Of a stretch of DNA of 64,000 nucleotides, positions 1-39,920 are shown piece by piece. The notes under the pieces were generated by a model. It was not told where the DNA came from and made no database searches. It saw only the letters and a list, made by a program, of their open reading frames with translations. This stretch comes from the human T2T-CHM13v2.0 reference genome, Homo sapiens. How positions within the stretch are numbered: the first letter of the stretch is position 1; each line of letters begins with the position of its first letter. The stretch lies in NCBI RefSeq assembly GCF_009914755.1, contig NC_060939.1. One strand, 5' to 3'. The position numbers were made by a program, and so were the translations under genes.

Positions 1-370
1 TATTTCTCTCCCATTTGGCTGTATTCTTTATAATAAGTGGATAAACATAGTAGTGTTGCCCTGGGTTCTCTGCGCTGTTCCACCAAATGACTGGACCTAA
101 GAAGGGGGGCGTGGGAACCTCCGATTTATAGCCAAGTTGGACAGAAGCTGTGGGTGACCTGCAGACCCACCACTTACAACTGGCATCTGGAGCAGGGCAG
201 TCCTGGGAATTGAGCCCCTCCCCTGTGGGGCTGGCTCTAACTCCAGTTAGTGTCAGAGTTGAGCTGAACGGTAGGACACCCAGCTGGTGCTGGAGAATGG
301 GTGGGATTTTTCCCCACACATGTGGAGACGGGAGGTGTTGTGTGAGTGTAAGAATGAACGAGAGAGGCAT
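1..370 (+). mobile_element. LTR fragment, MER21-like
   Basis: Similar to the LTR at ~14050-14400 (ccgatttatag, aactggcatct, taggacacccagctgg). Confidence 0.6.
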
Positions 371-771
371 CTCAGCATAAGAAATCAGTGGGGCTGATTT
401 TAAAAGCAGACAAATGTGAATTCAAGGTTAAGTATTGAAAATAGAATGAAAATCCGGTAAATCGTTAAACATCCTGTGGTAAATGGAAGGATGATTGAAA
501 GAGGAATGCTGCTGACAGGGAGCGTGGCCCCAGCCAGGCCAGTGAGCAAAGCCAGGGGTGGAACTCCCACACACCCGCCCAGGTCGTTCTCAGAGAGGGA
601 CCCATTCACAGGCACTGATCATACAAACCCCTCAGAAACACCTCAGCACATTATAAATATTAGAAATAGAACAAAAGGCATTTTGCTTAAAGCATAAGGT
701 AATGTAACTAGAAATTAATTTTTAAGTTAAAAAATGTGGAAATTTTAAAACACTCAACAAAGCTCAGTTCG

Positions 772-875
772 GGCTGGTCTGAGTGCAGTGGGGTGTACAA
801 GGAATTGATTACAAGCAGTTACAGGTTTCTTTGCTCCTTTTCCATTTCCACTGCTGCTTCACTTCACTAGCCTTT
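772..875 (+). pseudogene. Y RNA (RNY3-like) retro-pseudogene
   Basis: GGCTGGTCTGAGTGCAGTGG...AATTGATTACAAGCAGTTACAG...CTGCTTCACTTCACTAGCCTTT, followed by an A-rich tail. Confidence 0.88.
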
Positions 876-1109
876 ATTTAAAAAGTCAGCTTGAAGAAGG
901 TACAACAATTCAACTTATAGAATATCCAGAAAATACAAATGAAAACATTGCATATTAAGACGTATGGACTGCTGTTAAAGCTTTGATCAGAATAAAATGC
1001 AGAGCCAAAAATACTTATCTGATTAAATAAGAATAATTGGAAACACATGAATTAGGCATCTATTGAATAACTTAGAACAACAACAACAAAATAAAAGTAG
1101 AAGAGAACT

Positions 1110-1434
<325 letters not shown>

Positions 1435-1558
1435 TCATGGCTGAATCCTGAGGATATCTTATTTCATGTAATGTGAAATAAGTCAGTCACAAAAGGACAA
1501 ATACTATATGAATCCACTTGTATCAGGTACCTAGCCAAATTTATAAAGACCAAAAGGA

Positions 1559-1906
<348 letters not shown>

Positions 1907-3399
1907 TCAATTTGGGAAGATGAAAAGAGTTCTGGGAATATGTGGTTGTGAAGACTGTACAACAATGTGACTGTATTTAATGACACTGAATGGTACACTT
2001 AAAACTGGTTAAAATGATAAATTTTATGTTATGTATATTTTACGAAAATTTAAAAATATACAATAATTTTTAAAAAGTAAAATAGAATGAAAATATTAAA
2101 GATAAAAGCAGAAAACTAAAAATTAGAAAACATACCTGCAGAATTTGTTGATGGGAAGTATTTATCAAAGGTGAACACACAGAACTCTAACACAGCAGCA
2201 GAGGAAATGGTAGGAAGGCCATTGGCAGAAAAAAAGGAAATTTAGAAAGCAGTGCAAAATGTTACACGTGACGGTGGAGAGAAGACAAGAAAGAGTGTGG
2301 AACTGCAGCGCTGCAGAAAGGTGGCATTCCCGAAGCGGGCTGTGTGCAAACACAGGGGGCGTCTCGTCACAAAGAGTTTGAGAAAGATAGAATCTGTGGG
2401 CCGCATCCCCAGGGGCCATAACTTTGAGACCCCTTCCCCAACTCAGGACAAGCTATGGCATTAGAAGGTCAAACGCATATGAAGTAAACAGTAATTACAA
2501 AAGGAGCTATCCATGGTGAGGTCAGAAACACTGATAGACGGAAGGTCTAGGGAGGTTGGGAAGGGTTTGTACCACATAAAAAATGAAGGAATGAGAAAAA
2601 GTTAAATTATGTAAGAGTTCCTTCCTGAGGCGTGCACCTCCAGGGGGCTCTGCTTAAAGCTTCTGTCAGTCTTTTCTCCAACTCACTGGGGTCCCCGTGA
2701 GTGCAATGACCAGCTACATCTAACCCACCATGCTGCCCCGACTAGTTTGTCCCACAGGCTCCCAGGGCCCAGAGGAAGGGCTGAACCGTGTGTTGGGCCC
2801 AGCACTGGCTGGAGAAGCACCTGCAACAACTGTGGCTTCTGCTGTGCTGGCCCACTGCTGTCACCTGGGAGGGCTGGGTCAACGCAGGGACCCCCAAGAC
2901 CCTGCAGACAGGTCCTCGGACTGCAAAGTCTAAGGGTCCGATGTCTTAAAAATATAAACCGGTAAAACTCATGGCAAGCTAAATCAATAGGCACGGGAGA
3001 AAGGAGAAATGCACACAATTACAAACGGAAAAAGGAGAAAAAGCCACAAATACAGAGGAAAGAAAACACCTGAAGTGCATATATTACAAAACTACGCAAC
3101 TATGTTGAAAAGTGGATGGAATTAATTTTATTTTTAAAAATGTCATTAAAATGGACTCTAGAAGGGCTCGAGGACCTAACTTGCCTGATGAGCAAAATCC
3201 AGAAATATACCACGGCAGGCCCAGACAGCCCCAGCTAGTTCTTCTACACTTAAGCAGAAAATAATCCAAAACCAATAGATGATTGTAGAATATAGAGGTT
3301 TTTGTTTTATAATATTTCTTCCTTTAAGTCAGCATAAAGTTAAATCTGGACAAAAAACACATAAAAGCAAGATGTAGAATGATGAATCTTAATTATAAA

Positions 3400-5220
3400 T
3401 ATTGATAACCAAAGTCATGATACTAATAAGTAAAGAACATCTCAGGAATACACTAATGATTTGGTCTTAAGTATTCTATTAATATAATTAAACATACTAC
3501 TAGAGCAAAGGAAAAGACCTTCTGATAATCCCTCTGGACACTGAGAAGGCTTTGACAAAAATCTAACATCTACATTTTCCCCAGAGAGTCTTAATAGTTT
3601 GAGAACACACAGATACTTTTTTATTATGGCAAGGAAAATACATGTCTTCATACAAGTTAAACGCTGAGACATTAAAACGTCCCACTGATGTCACGAACAA
3701 GATAAGCATGCCACCTGAATCACTGTGACTCAACACTGATCTCAAATCAACTAGATACAAGAAAGAAATAAGAGACACATTGGAAAGGAGAAGTCAAAAG
3801 TATACCTTAGAAACAAGTAGGAATCACAATTTGTGGTTGATTATAACATTCATACATAAAAACCAACTACTTTCTTATACAATGGGATAAAATAGAAAAT
3901 AAAGTGGAATAAATCATTCCATTGAAAATGATAGCCAAATGATAAAACATCTAGAAATAAACTATAAATTCAAAGCACCTTAGTGAACAAAATCATAAAA
4001 CACTACTAAGTTACATAAAATTAGACTTAAACACAAGATTTCATGCTTTTGAATAGGAAGACTCAATCTGTAAATTCATTGTGACTCTAATTGAAAAAAG
4101 ATTCATATGAGAGAGAGATTCAGAGTTGATGGGAGTGTTGACTTGAAAATACTGATATTAGTATGAATAATGCTTTAGAAATGAAAGGCATTCATAGAGA
4201 TAAATAGAACAGAAACAGAACCAAACACTTAAAGAAATTTAGTTTACAAATAAGGCTGCATTTTGAACAACTGGGGAAAACACTATGACTGTATTTTAGA
4301 AATGCATTATTACATATTTATTGATACTGCTGACCACCATTTCGAGGAAAAAGTATGGATTTTTCCCTCATGTCCTGCAACAAATGAATTCCAGGGAGTC
4401 TGAAGATGTGAAGGTAAACCAATAAAACCATAAAGTTTCAGAAGAAAATGCGAGTAAGTCTATTTATAATCTCAGAATGAGGAAGGCTTTTAAAAACTGG
4501 AAACAAATCCCACGATCGACAAAGAAAAATACTCACAAACTGACAACATAAAAATTTAAACTCTATGCCAATAAATAAGGAAATCAATAAATAACATCGA
4601 AAGACAAATGATAAAAATATTTTAAAGACATAAGACAAAAATGTCCCAAAGTGCATGAGCAAATTAAGAAAAAGCCAAATAACCCAATTAGGAACTGGGT
4701 AAAATATATAAATGTATCAAAATTAAAACTACAAAAAAATTTTAAAAGATGTCCCATTTTATACACAAAATAAACCAAAATCAGAATAATATTCGTAAAT
4801 ATCATGTTTCACCAATTATATTGGGAAAAACATTAAGTTTGAAAATACCCAGTGCTATTATAGAAAGCTGAGAAATTGGGCCTTTTATTGTACTCTTGAT
4901 GGAGTTACATCCTTCGATCAGTTTCTAGAAGATAATCTGGCAATAGCTATCAAAATTTTAAATACATGTAGCCTTAAACCCAGCAATTCCATTTCTAAGT
5001 TGGAATTTATACCGTTTTAGTCACAAAACTATGTCAAGATGTATGTACAAGTATGCCAATTATAGATTTGTATATAAAAATAAAAACTGGAAGTATCCAT
5101 ATGTTCACCAATAAAAGGCTATTCAAATAAATGATAGTCCGCTGAGATAATGGAATGCTAAGCAGCTACTAGGAGGAATGAGGTAGATCTTTATATGTTA
5201 TTATGGGACGACCTCTAAGA
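3400..5220 (+). mobile_element. Degenerate old L1 (L1M) ORF2/3' fragments
   Basis: A-rich; motifs such as taggaagactcaat, cccagcaattccatttcta, aatggaatgctaagcag. Confidence 0.55.
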
Positions 5221-6145
5221 CAAAACACCACATGAAGAATGCAAGGTGCAGCGCCCTTCACAGAGCGTTAGTGCTGGAAAGGGAAGGTCTCTCTCCATAA
5301 CCCCCGTCCCTCCTTCTTTGGCCTCTTATCTTCTTTTCTTCCTTTCTAGAAATGCCCTTAGAAGCTCATTAGTGGTCCCCTCTGAGAGAGAAAACAGGCA
5401 GTATGGGAGACTGTTGTTTTTAACCACTCATACTTTTCTAACTATGTGCACATCTATTCCTTATTATTACTTTATTAAAGGACAGAGTAGTTATTTGAGA
5501 GTCCAAAATATGCACAACTTGTTTGCATTTTGTGTTCCTGTATAAAATACAAAACCAAAAAGGTTTCTTTTTAAAGCAAAAATGTGGGAGGGATCAATTT
5601 TGGGATAATGATAAGAAATGAAGCATTCCTTTTATATATCAAAACACTTCTACTTGTTTCTAAAGACACTGTAACAGAAAAAAAAAAAAACCGAAAATCT
5701 TGTGCATGGTTCATCCATAGCATGTGGAAGGAATGCCTGCTGAGGAATGATCCTGCTCCAAGCCGCCTGAGGCTGGAATGTCCTGATCCACCAACTTTCT
5801 CGTAAGTGAGGTCTCTTGTCACACACAAGGTACCTCACACTTACACACACACACACACCGCACACACGCAAGCTTCCATCTTCCTCCAGTGCAAACAAAG
5901 TCATGTGCATTACCCAGAAATGAGTGAGCCAGATGGCTGGAAAAGCACATACAATTTATTTAACTCTGAAAATCAAATCTTCCCTCATGATGTTCCCACC
6001 TCAGGGATTAGAAGCAAATTAAAAATCTCTAGGGGCTCAGAAGCCTTCTATAATTTTGAGCTCTGAGCAGTTGTTGGATGACACAATGGAACAGGAGAGG
6101 TCTTTCTTGGTGAATTACCCTCTGATCTCATTAAAGAATAAGAAT

Positions 6146-6353
<208 letters not shown>

Positions 6354-7241
6354 TCATCACTTAGGTTTAAAAATTAAAGTTTCTCTTGTTTTAAGTTGCC
6401 CATCTCCAGTGAATCCACCCAAGGACTTTGAGCCAGCTTTTGGGGCTGCAGCTGGGGTGGACTGGCTTGGAGCAGGCAGACTCCCAAAGGCCAGAACTCA
6501 GAATTGCTGGCTTGTCAGTCACTGAGGGTCGGCCAGCTCCTCCCTGCTGCCTGCCACTGGCCAGGTATCCAGAGAAGGGATGGGCCACACCATCCCCTCC
6601 CTGGCGCCTGCCATACTGGGGACCAGAAGAGTTCCCAGCCTCTACTTCCTGGCCCTGACACAGGCAGAAAGGGCCTAGGAATATGTTCACTTTATGTTGT
6701 GCATTTGTATGGATGCACACATTTCTAAGACTAATTAACTCCAGTGCATGTGAATCAGCTAACACATTATTTTTTTAAAGCCCACGTAAGTGGCTTCACT
6801 TAGCTGTAGCTATTCTTTTGGGCTGTTAATTCTAGTAGAACTCTTATTTGTCCTGTGGGTTCTGCAGAATAGAACAGATTTGCTCAACTCCTCAGTGTCT
6901 GAGAGCAGCACCTAGGAGTTATCTGGGATCCACCAAAGACACTCCGCGGGGCCTGGCCCTTGTTCAGAATAAACAGAAACCTGCGTCCCTTTGATCTCCT
7001 TGACAGGGTAGGTTTGCAGAAGTCAGGCAGGCTGGTAAAAACATCCTTAGTAAGACCAACAGTCTGTCTTTTTTTTTTTTTTTAATGTAGAAACAGCATC
7101 AAGCTGTTTCTCTCTACCGTCTTTGATAGAAATAAAAATAAAAATAAAAAGTTGAATTGCAGAAAAGCTAAGAGGTTTTTAGTTTTTGTTTTTTGTTTTC
7201 CTTCCACCAGTCAATTATTGGAAAGGATTTAGTGAGTCTGG

Positions 7242-7247
7242 TTTATT
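7242..7247 (-). terminator. Candidate AATAAA polyadenylation signal in the CHRNA7-type 3' UTR (another at 5960-5955)
   Basis: TTTATT on the + strand about 410 nt past the stop; use not provable from sequence. Confidence 0.4.
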
Positions 7248-7657
7248 TTAGCTTCAATCTGGGTTTGTACACAAGCAAAAAGCAAATGTTGAATTTTCAG
7301 GTAGACCTTCATGCAGACATGCAAAACCAACTGTCTCGGTGGTGAGGAGCCATGGGGAGCTCTCCGAAGGGCTTTCCAGGCAGTGGGCTAATGGGCAAAA
7401 TGACTACTCAGTGGCCCTGCTGACCGATGGTACGGATGTGCCAAGGATATCTATCAGCCCATCTGAGAATATGAAACAAAGTGCTGAGATTCTACTACCT
7501 AAAGTAACAAAGAAACCGTAAGCAACACGACTGACAGCCAGAAGGGAACACTGGAGTTGTGGCGTGTAATGCTGTCCTGGATTAGCACCCCCAAATCTCG
7601 CCAAGCCAAAGGCCTTGCCCATCTGTGAGTTTTCCACATGTACAGAACCAGGCGTGG

Positions 7658-28624
<20,967 letters not shown>

Positions 28625-29719
28625 CAAATTTAACCGATGGTGGTTGTTTCATTATCTGTGGTTAAAAAAAAAAAAAACTTTTGAGGCAATTTTAAAGATG
28701 GATATCTGTCTCCTTATATGTCCCTTATATCAGATAATAAATCAATGAGGACAAAAAAAGAATGTGTAAAATTTGTTACCAAAAACAAAAAGAACGATGC
28801 CTTTTCAGATTAAAACATACATATATAGATAATAATTTATTTTTTAAAATCATTTCAATTGATATCTGTAATAAAATAAAGCTTCAAAGAAAAAATTCAC
28901 CCCATCCTGGCTTACTTTTTAGGTAATTTACGTCTAATTAGAAATTCAGTCTTTCAACAAATATCTATTGCTTACCTGCCAAGGTAAGGCTCTATGTCAA
29001 GTGCTAAGGGGGATACAAAGATATAAAAGACACAATCCTATTTTCAGCGAGCTGACTTTCTGGTTGGGAAGATGAGACAAACATTTGATAAACAAGAAAA
29101 TATTTCACAATTCAAAAGAGGCAGGACATAACTACAGACAAAACCCTGGACAGAAAGAATTTTTTTTGTAAATAGTAGTTTAGAGAATACAGCAAGCACT
29201 TTACTTGATATAGTTGACACCGGGTTTACGGAAGAGGTAGAAGGTGGGTTGCGGTCTTGAAGGATGGCTAGAACTTTATGATTATATCAGAGAAGACACC
29301 ATTCAAGGAAGCCATAATAGCATGAATTGGAAAGTGCATAATTTATTTGAGAAATGTGAAGAAACCATGTAGTTGGATCCATGAGCTTAGGACAGCCAGA
29401 TACTGCATCTTGAGACTTTTAATTAAAAATTCAACCATCATTTCTATACCTAACTTCTGCAAAACTTCTATATGTAATATTTTTAAAACCTTTACTAATT
29501 AAGTAACCAGCATTACTGTATTTACTGTAGTATTCTTACTAAAATGCATATTCTCATTCTAATCTCATAATCCAAATTCATAATCTCATTCGAGTCATGA
29601 GAAACCCTTAGACAAACCTAAATTAAGGGACATTCTTCAAAACACCCAACCAGTTACTCTTCAAAGTGTCAAGGACTTGAGTCATACGTTTTATAACATG
29701 TATTACAAAAACATACAAA

Positions 29720-30081
<362 letters not shown>

Positions 30082-30602
30082 CTATATGAGACTAAGGAGG
30101 CATAACAACTAACTGTAATGTGGGATCCTGGAACAAAAAAAAAGAGGACATTAGAGGCAACCGGTAAAATTCAAATGCATTTGGTAGTTAGCAGCACTAT
30201 TCTCATGTTTTATTTTTCCCTTTTCAGGAAGAATTCGAAAGGAGCAGTCAGGGTATTGCATGCCATCATTACACAGAGATATGAATCAAGTATCATGCAA
30301 CTCCAACTACCACATTCTGCTGCCCTCCAAAAGGAGGCACAGGTAAGGATTATCCCGCCTGACTAACACTATACCAATGTTAATTCCCAGGTTTTGCTAA
30401 CTATACTATAGACCTATAAGATGTGAACATTAAGAGCAGCTGGGCAAAAGCTATACAGGAGTTCTCAACTATTTTTTAATCTTTTCTCTAAAAGTAGTTT
30501 AGAATTAAAAGTTAAACACAAAAATTTCCACTGATGAAGGCTTCCCATAAACTATCAAATATGGTTATAAGAGGAAAAAAGGAAACACAGAATATTGTGT
30601 AA

Positions 30603-30830
30603 AGCAAGCTTGTCCAACCCGCAGCCCGTGGGCTGGATGCGGCCCAAGACGGCTTTGAATATGGCCCAACACAAATTCATAAACTCTCTTAAAACATTGT
30701 AAGAATTTTTTTGCAATTTTTTTTTATTGGTTTTTTAGTTCATCAGCTATTGTTAGTGTATTTTATGTGTGGCCCAAGACAATTCTTCTTCCAGTGTGGC
30801 CCAGGGAAGCCAAAAGACTGGACACCCCTG
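30603..30830. mobile_element. MER30-like DNA transposon
   Basis: ttgtccaacccgcagcccg...gaagccaaaagactggacacccctg. Confidence 0.75.
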
Positions 30831-31116
30831 GGAAAGATATCACAAATTGTTCTAGAAAGCCCATTTTGAAAATGCGCCAATGCACATCAAACTTAGCATA
30901 ATAAAGTTACACTGCCAGACATATGAACTCACAAAAAGAATTAGCTCCATTATGAAAAACAGCTAAATCATCTATATAAAATGCTGTCTATCTAGAAAAT
31001 AAACATGAATCCAAAAACCCTTACATTGTTCTAAACCACACTAATGTTCCCAATGAGACAAGAAAAAAACAGTCATGAATTAATACAGAAAAAGATATTT
31101 AAAAAAGAAAAAGAAG

Positions 31117-31449
<333 letters not shown>

Positions 31450-32136
31450 TTAAAATAGAGAATAAGTAGTGGAATGTGAGTATGTTGGGGAGCTGGAAGT
31501 CAAGACAAAACAGAGGGACTTAGAAATGCATCTGTTTTTTAAAGTAAATACTCATTATCCCCCAGCAATAAAGTATTATATTCCAAAAGACAAGAAGCAA
31601 AAAAACTCACAGTGGTTTAGAAGTACATTGTGAACCATGACTCCTCAAGTTCCCATAGTGTCTCCCCACCATCTCCCCTGCAGTATTAACAACCTGTGAC
31701 AGGGCAGGGCTTCCGTGTGATCTGCCTGCCCAGCCCAGCCTGGTGAGCAGTGCCCTCTGACTGCTTCTGCCTTCAAAACACATCAGAGACTAGAATACTT
31801 AGAGTGATTCACATTAGTGCAGATGGAGAAACGATGGGACTGAGAGCTAAGGTCTGAGGTCAAGAGGCTGGCAACCCCTCCGTGGCATGTGGAAGAAAGC
31901 AGTAGTGAGAAGCAGAGCTGACTCATTCAAAACAGAGGGGGGAAAACTTAGAACTCCAGTGAAGCGGAAGTGAAGGCAGAGGAAAGGGTTGCAGACAGAG
32001 CGGGAGCTGGAAATGCAGACATGCAGCACAAATGAAAGAGTAGCGGACAAGAGAAACAGGAAAGATTAGACAGTAAATAATATTCTGAATGAAAATCTTA
32101 TGCAGATTTCAGATCTCAGTAAAGTCTACAACTCAC

Positions 32137-32261
32137 TTGTCAGAGTGCTTTCTGCACCTTTGGATTGTCAATAATGGGGGTGACAACAAGATCTGAGTCG
32201 TGTAGATAAGCTCTCTCATCTGGGATTCCAGGTCCTGCTGACTCAGGTGTCCACTTGTAAT
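32137..32261 (-). other. CHRFAM7A: FAM7A exon C (125 nt, 5' leader, ULK4-derived)
   Basis: CAG acceptor, GTGAGT donor; ITSGHLSQQDLESQMRELIYT then (frameshifted) SDLVVTPIIDNPK, ULK4-like. Confidence 0.9.
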
Positions 32262-32601
32262 CTGAAATGAGAACAAAAATTTGACTTTGTTTCTGTGACT
32301 AATATAGAGCTTTAAAACACTGAACTAATATGATGCTGAGGAAGACACCACTGTAAAATATCACCTATATCAATGTACTTCCACTGCTATTCAAGACACT
32401 TGCAGTCTCACTTGATTTTCACAAAAATCCTAAACTGTAGGTACCATAATTTCCATTTTACAGATAAAAATATAAAACTCTGAGAAAGTAACTGAATTGC
32501 TCATGTTACCATTAAAACTGGCTAGGACTACAAAAAAGATCTTTACAATTCAACGTTCTAAACTCTGATGAGGCAAACTGCTTTTTCGATTACCAGCATG
32601 G

Positions 32602-33110
<509 letters not shown>

Positions 33111-33545
33111 TAACATACAAAAATTTTCAGACTTAAATACAGACCGGTTACCTAAGTGTTAAACCTCAATTATTTATTAAGCCTCATTAGAGATGATACA
33201 TAATAAAATCAATCACCAGACATTCACCATCAGTTATTCCTTTGAGATGGTTCTTTGTGCTCTATTTAAACATAATTTGTATTCCTAGTGCTATGCCCCA
33301 GTATTTCCCATCAGAAAAAAAAAAAGGATTTATGCTTAAGAACCTTAAAAGAAACAATGACTAGCAAACTAAATAAAATAGAAAAGTAAATCAGTGAAGT
33401 AAGGAAGAAGGAAAATAAATTATCCAAAACTAGTGAGGAAGGGTCATAGATAAAGGAACAGAGTTAGCTAAGAAAATTCCTGGAAACCCAAGGTGCCCCT
33501 TGCAACTCAGATGAAAGATATACGAAAACACACAAAGAGGCCGAG

Positions 33546-33792
33546 GCCGGGCACGGTGGCTCAAGCCTGTAATCCCAGCAATTTGGGAGGCCGAGGCGGG
33601 TGGATCACGAGGTCAGGAGTTCAAGACCAGCCTGACCAACATGGTGAAACACTGTCTCTACTAAAAATACAAAAATTAGCTGGGTGTGGTGGCATGTGCC
33701 TGTAATCCCAGCTACTCAGGAGGCTGAGGCAGGAGAATCACCTGAACCTGGGAGGCGGAGGTTGCAGTGAGTTGAGATTGTGCCACTGCACC
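33546..33792 (+). mobile_element. Alu, 3' truncated
   Basis: Consensus stops at ccactgcac. Confidence 0.9.
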
Positions 33793-34251
33793 AATTAAAA
33801 CAATTGTATGCAAAAATTAGTTTCCTATAGGTAAATTGAGTGTAGGCACAAATGCCAAGTTATAACAAATATCCCACTCACAATAGCAAAAATATATAAA
33901 ACAAAATGTTCAGGAATAAACTAAATGATCAATAATTGCAATGAGATCATGATCATTAAATGAAAATAATCGTTATAAAATTATACTCTCTTGCTTCAAA
34001 GTGAACACATTATGTATAAAACCAGAAGTAGTAATATCAAAATGTATGAGATGTATGAGGTTACAGTGAACTATGATGGTGCCACTGCACTCCAGCCTGA
34101 GCAACAGGCTCTAAAAAAAAAAAAAAAGGTAATCAGTGTTTACTTGGGAATTACATTGTAAATACTTTTTCTATTGTCTTTGTCCTCTTTTATATTTTAC
34201 AAGTTTTTTACAATTATATATGTTTTGTAATAGAATAAAAAGTATCATTTA

Positions 34252-34589
<338 letters not shown>

Positions 34590-34636
34590 CTACCTTAGGT
34601 ATTCACATTATTGATTATATTTTCTCAATAGAATGA

Positions 34637-35003
<367 letters not shown>

Positions 35004-35229
35004 CAGAATAAATTTTTAAATTTACATTGATTTTCTATTTCACATAACCAAAAAATTAGCACAGTCAGATTTTATTATAACCAATTTATACTAAATTTCA
35101 AAGCAGAAATAAGCTTCACAAGGTCCAAATACAGTTCACATTACATCAAAACTACAGTTAAAAACTAAAAGCAATTATATTTGTCAACCAATAAGTAGCA
35201 TAAAAATTACTTAGAATTAATTCAAAGTA

Positions 35230-36795
<1,566 letters not shown>

Positions 36796-36796
36796 C

Positions 36797-36985
36797 CAGC
36801 AGTCCCCAAACTTTTTGGCATCAGGAGCCAGTTTTGCAGAAGACAATTTTTCCACAGACAAGGTTGGGGGAGATGATTTTGGGATGATTCAAGGACATTA
36901 CATTTATTGTGCATTTTATTTCTATTATTATTACATTGTAACATATAATGAAATAATTGTACAACTCACTATAATATAGAATCAG
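36797..36985 (+). mobile_element. MER1-like DNA transposon, left part only
   Basis: cagcagtccccaaactttttggcatcagg...cattacatttattgtgca...ataatatagaatcag. Confidence 0.75.
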
Positions 36986-37350
<365 letters not shown>

Positions 37351-37489
37351 TTAAAAAGGAAAATAAGATCAATATAAACTAAGAAAGAATTATTACAGAA
37401 CAAAGAGATTCTAGGGAGAAGACAAAAGAGTATCAAAATCACTTCGTAAAGATACTTGTGAATATATTACATGTATAAAACAAAACAGA

Positions 37490-38125
<636 letters not shown>

Positions 38126-38129
38126 AAAA

Positions 38130-39130
38130 AACCGAAAATCTTAAAGGCCTTTCCCCTTCCCCGCCTGGGCTCCAACAACGCGGGAGCCGCCCTGCCCCGC
38201 CCTGTCGCGGTCCCTAGAGCAGGTGGGCTGACTGAGGGCGACCATGGGTCCCAAGAGGGCTCCCGCAGCCGCGGGCTCCCACCTCGAGGCGCAGCGACAG
38301 GGGCCGAGAGGGGCCAGCAGCCCCCAAGCCAGCCCCGCGCTAGGAGTTGGAGAGACGCGCCCTCCGCCTTCTCCCACCCAAGCCTCTGCCTTGCCGGGCG
38401 GGCCAGTTGCGGGAGAAAGGGGCGGGGAACCGCGGCCTCTCTGGGGCAGCTTCCCCTTTCTCCTGGGACTCTGGGCACCCGCTTTCCGCCCTCGCCCTGC
38501 CCCGCCAGGCCGCCACCCGGCGACTCACCTTAATGTTGCGGTGGGGCGTGAGCCGCGGCTGTGGCTCCTGGTTCTCCTGGAAGATAGAGGCCAGTAACTT
38601 CGGTTTGGCCTTGAACCCGGACATGGACATCTTCCCCTCACCTCCGGCGGGAGGGGCGCGGAAAAGGAGCCTGTCCCGAGCCGCTGTCATGGCCGCGACC
38701 ACCAGGCGGGGCCCCCGGCCGAGCTCTCGCGGCTCCACCTCTCCCCGCCGCCGTGACCCTCGTGGGAGCGCGGCTGGAAAATGGCAAGGGGCACCGAGGA
38801 CTTGGCGGGAGCTATGTGGCGGCCTGCGGGGCTGCTCCCTTTATAACCGACTCCACCGACAGGAGGCGCGGCTCCCGTCAAGCCGCAGTTTAAAAGGGCA
38901 ACAGCACCACTGCCCCCGCTACCGCCTGGGAAAGGGCTGCCCCTACCCCGCCCCGGTCCTCGTCGCCCCTCACCTCTTACCCCTCACCCCTCACCCCTCA
39001 ACCCGGCGCGCCCCGCGCGCACCCGGCGTGCCCGCGCTACCGGCTGCCCCCTCCTCTCTTGACCCAGCACCTTTCTGCCCGACCGATCTGGTCCCTTCCT
39101 CACACTCGCGACTGGGCGGCACAACCACCA
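38130..39130 (-). promoter_or_regulatory. CpG-island promoter of CHRFAM7A/FAM7A
   Basis: Very high GC and CpG density; minus-strand TATAAA at 38845-38840; GC box CCCCGCCCC at ~38947-38955. Confidence 0.75.
38529..38830 (-). other. CHRFAM7A: FAM7A exon D (first exon; 5' end approximate), UBE2Q2 exon-1-like
   Basis: AAG|GTGAGT donor at 38528; lies in a CpG island; encodes MSMSGFKAKPKLLASIFQENQEPQPRLTPHRNIK. Confidence 0.85.

Positions 39131-39134
<4 letters not shown>

Positions 39135-39172
<38 letters not shown>
39135..39172. repeat. (TG)n microsatellite upstream of exon D
   Basis: Direct reading. Confidence 0.9.
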
Positions 39173-39177
<5 letters not shown>

Positions 39178-39186
39178 GTCCCAAGG

Positions 39187-39920
<734 letters not shown>

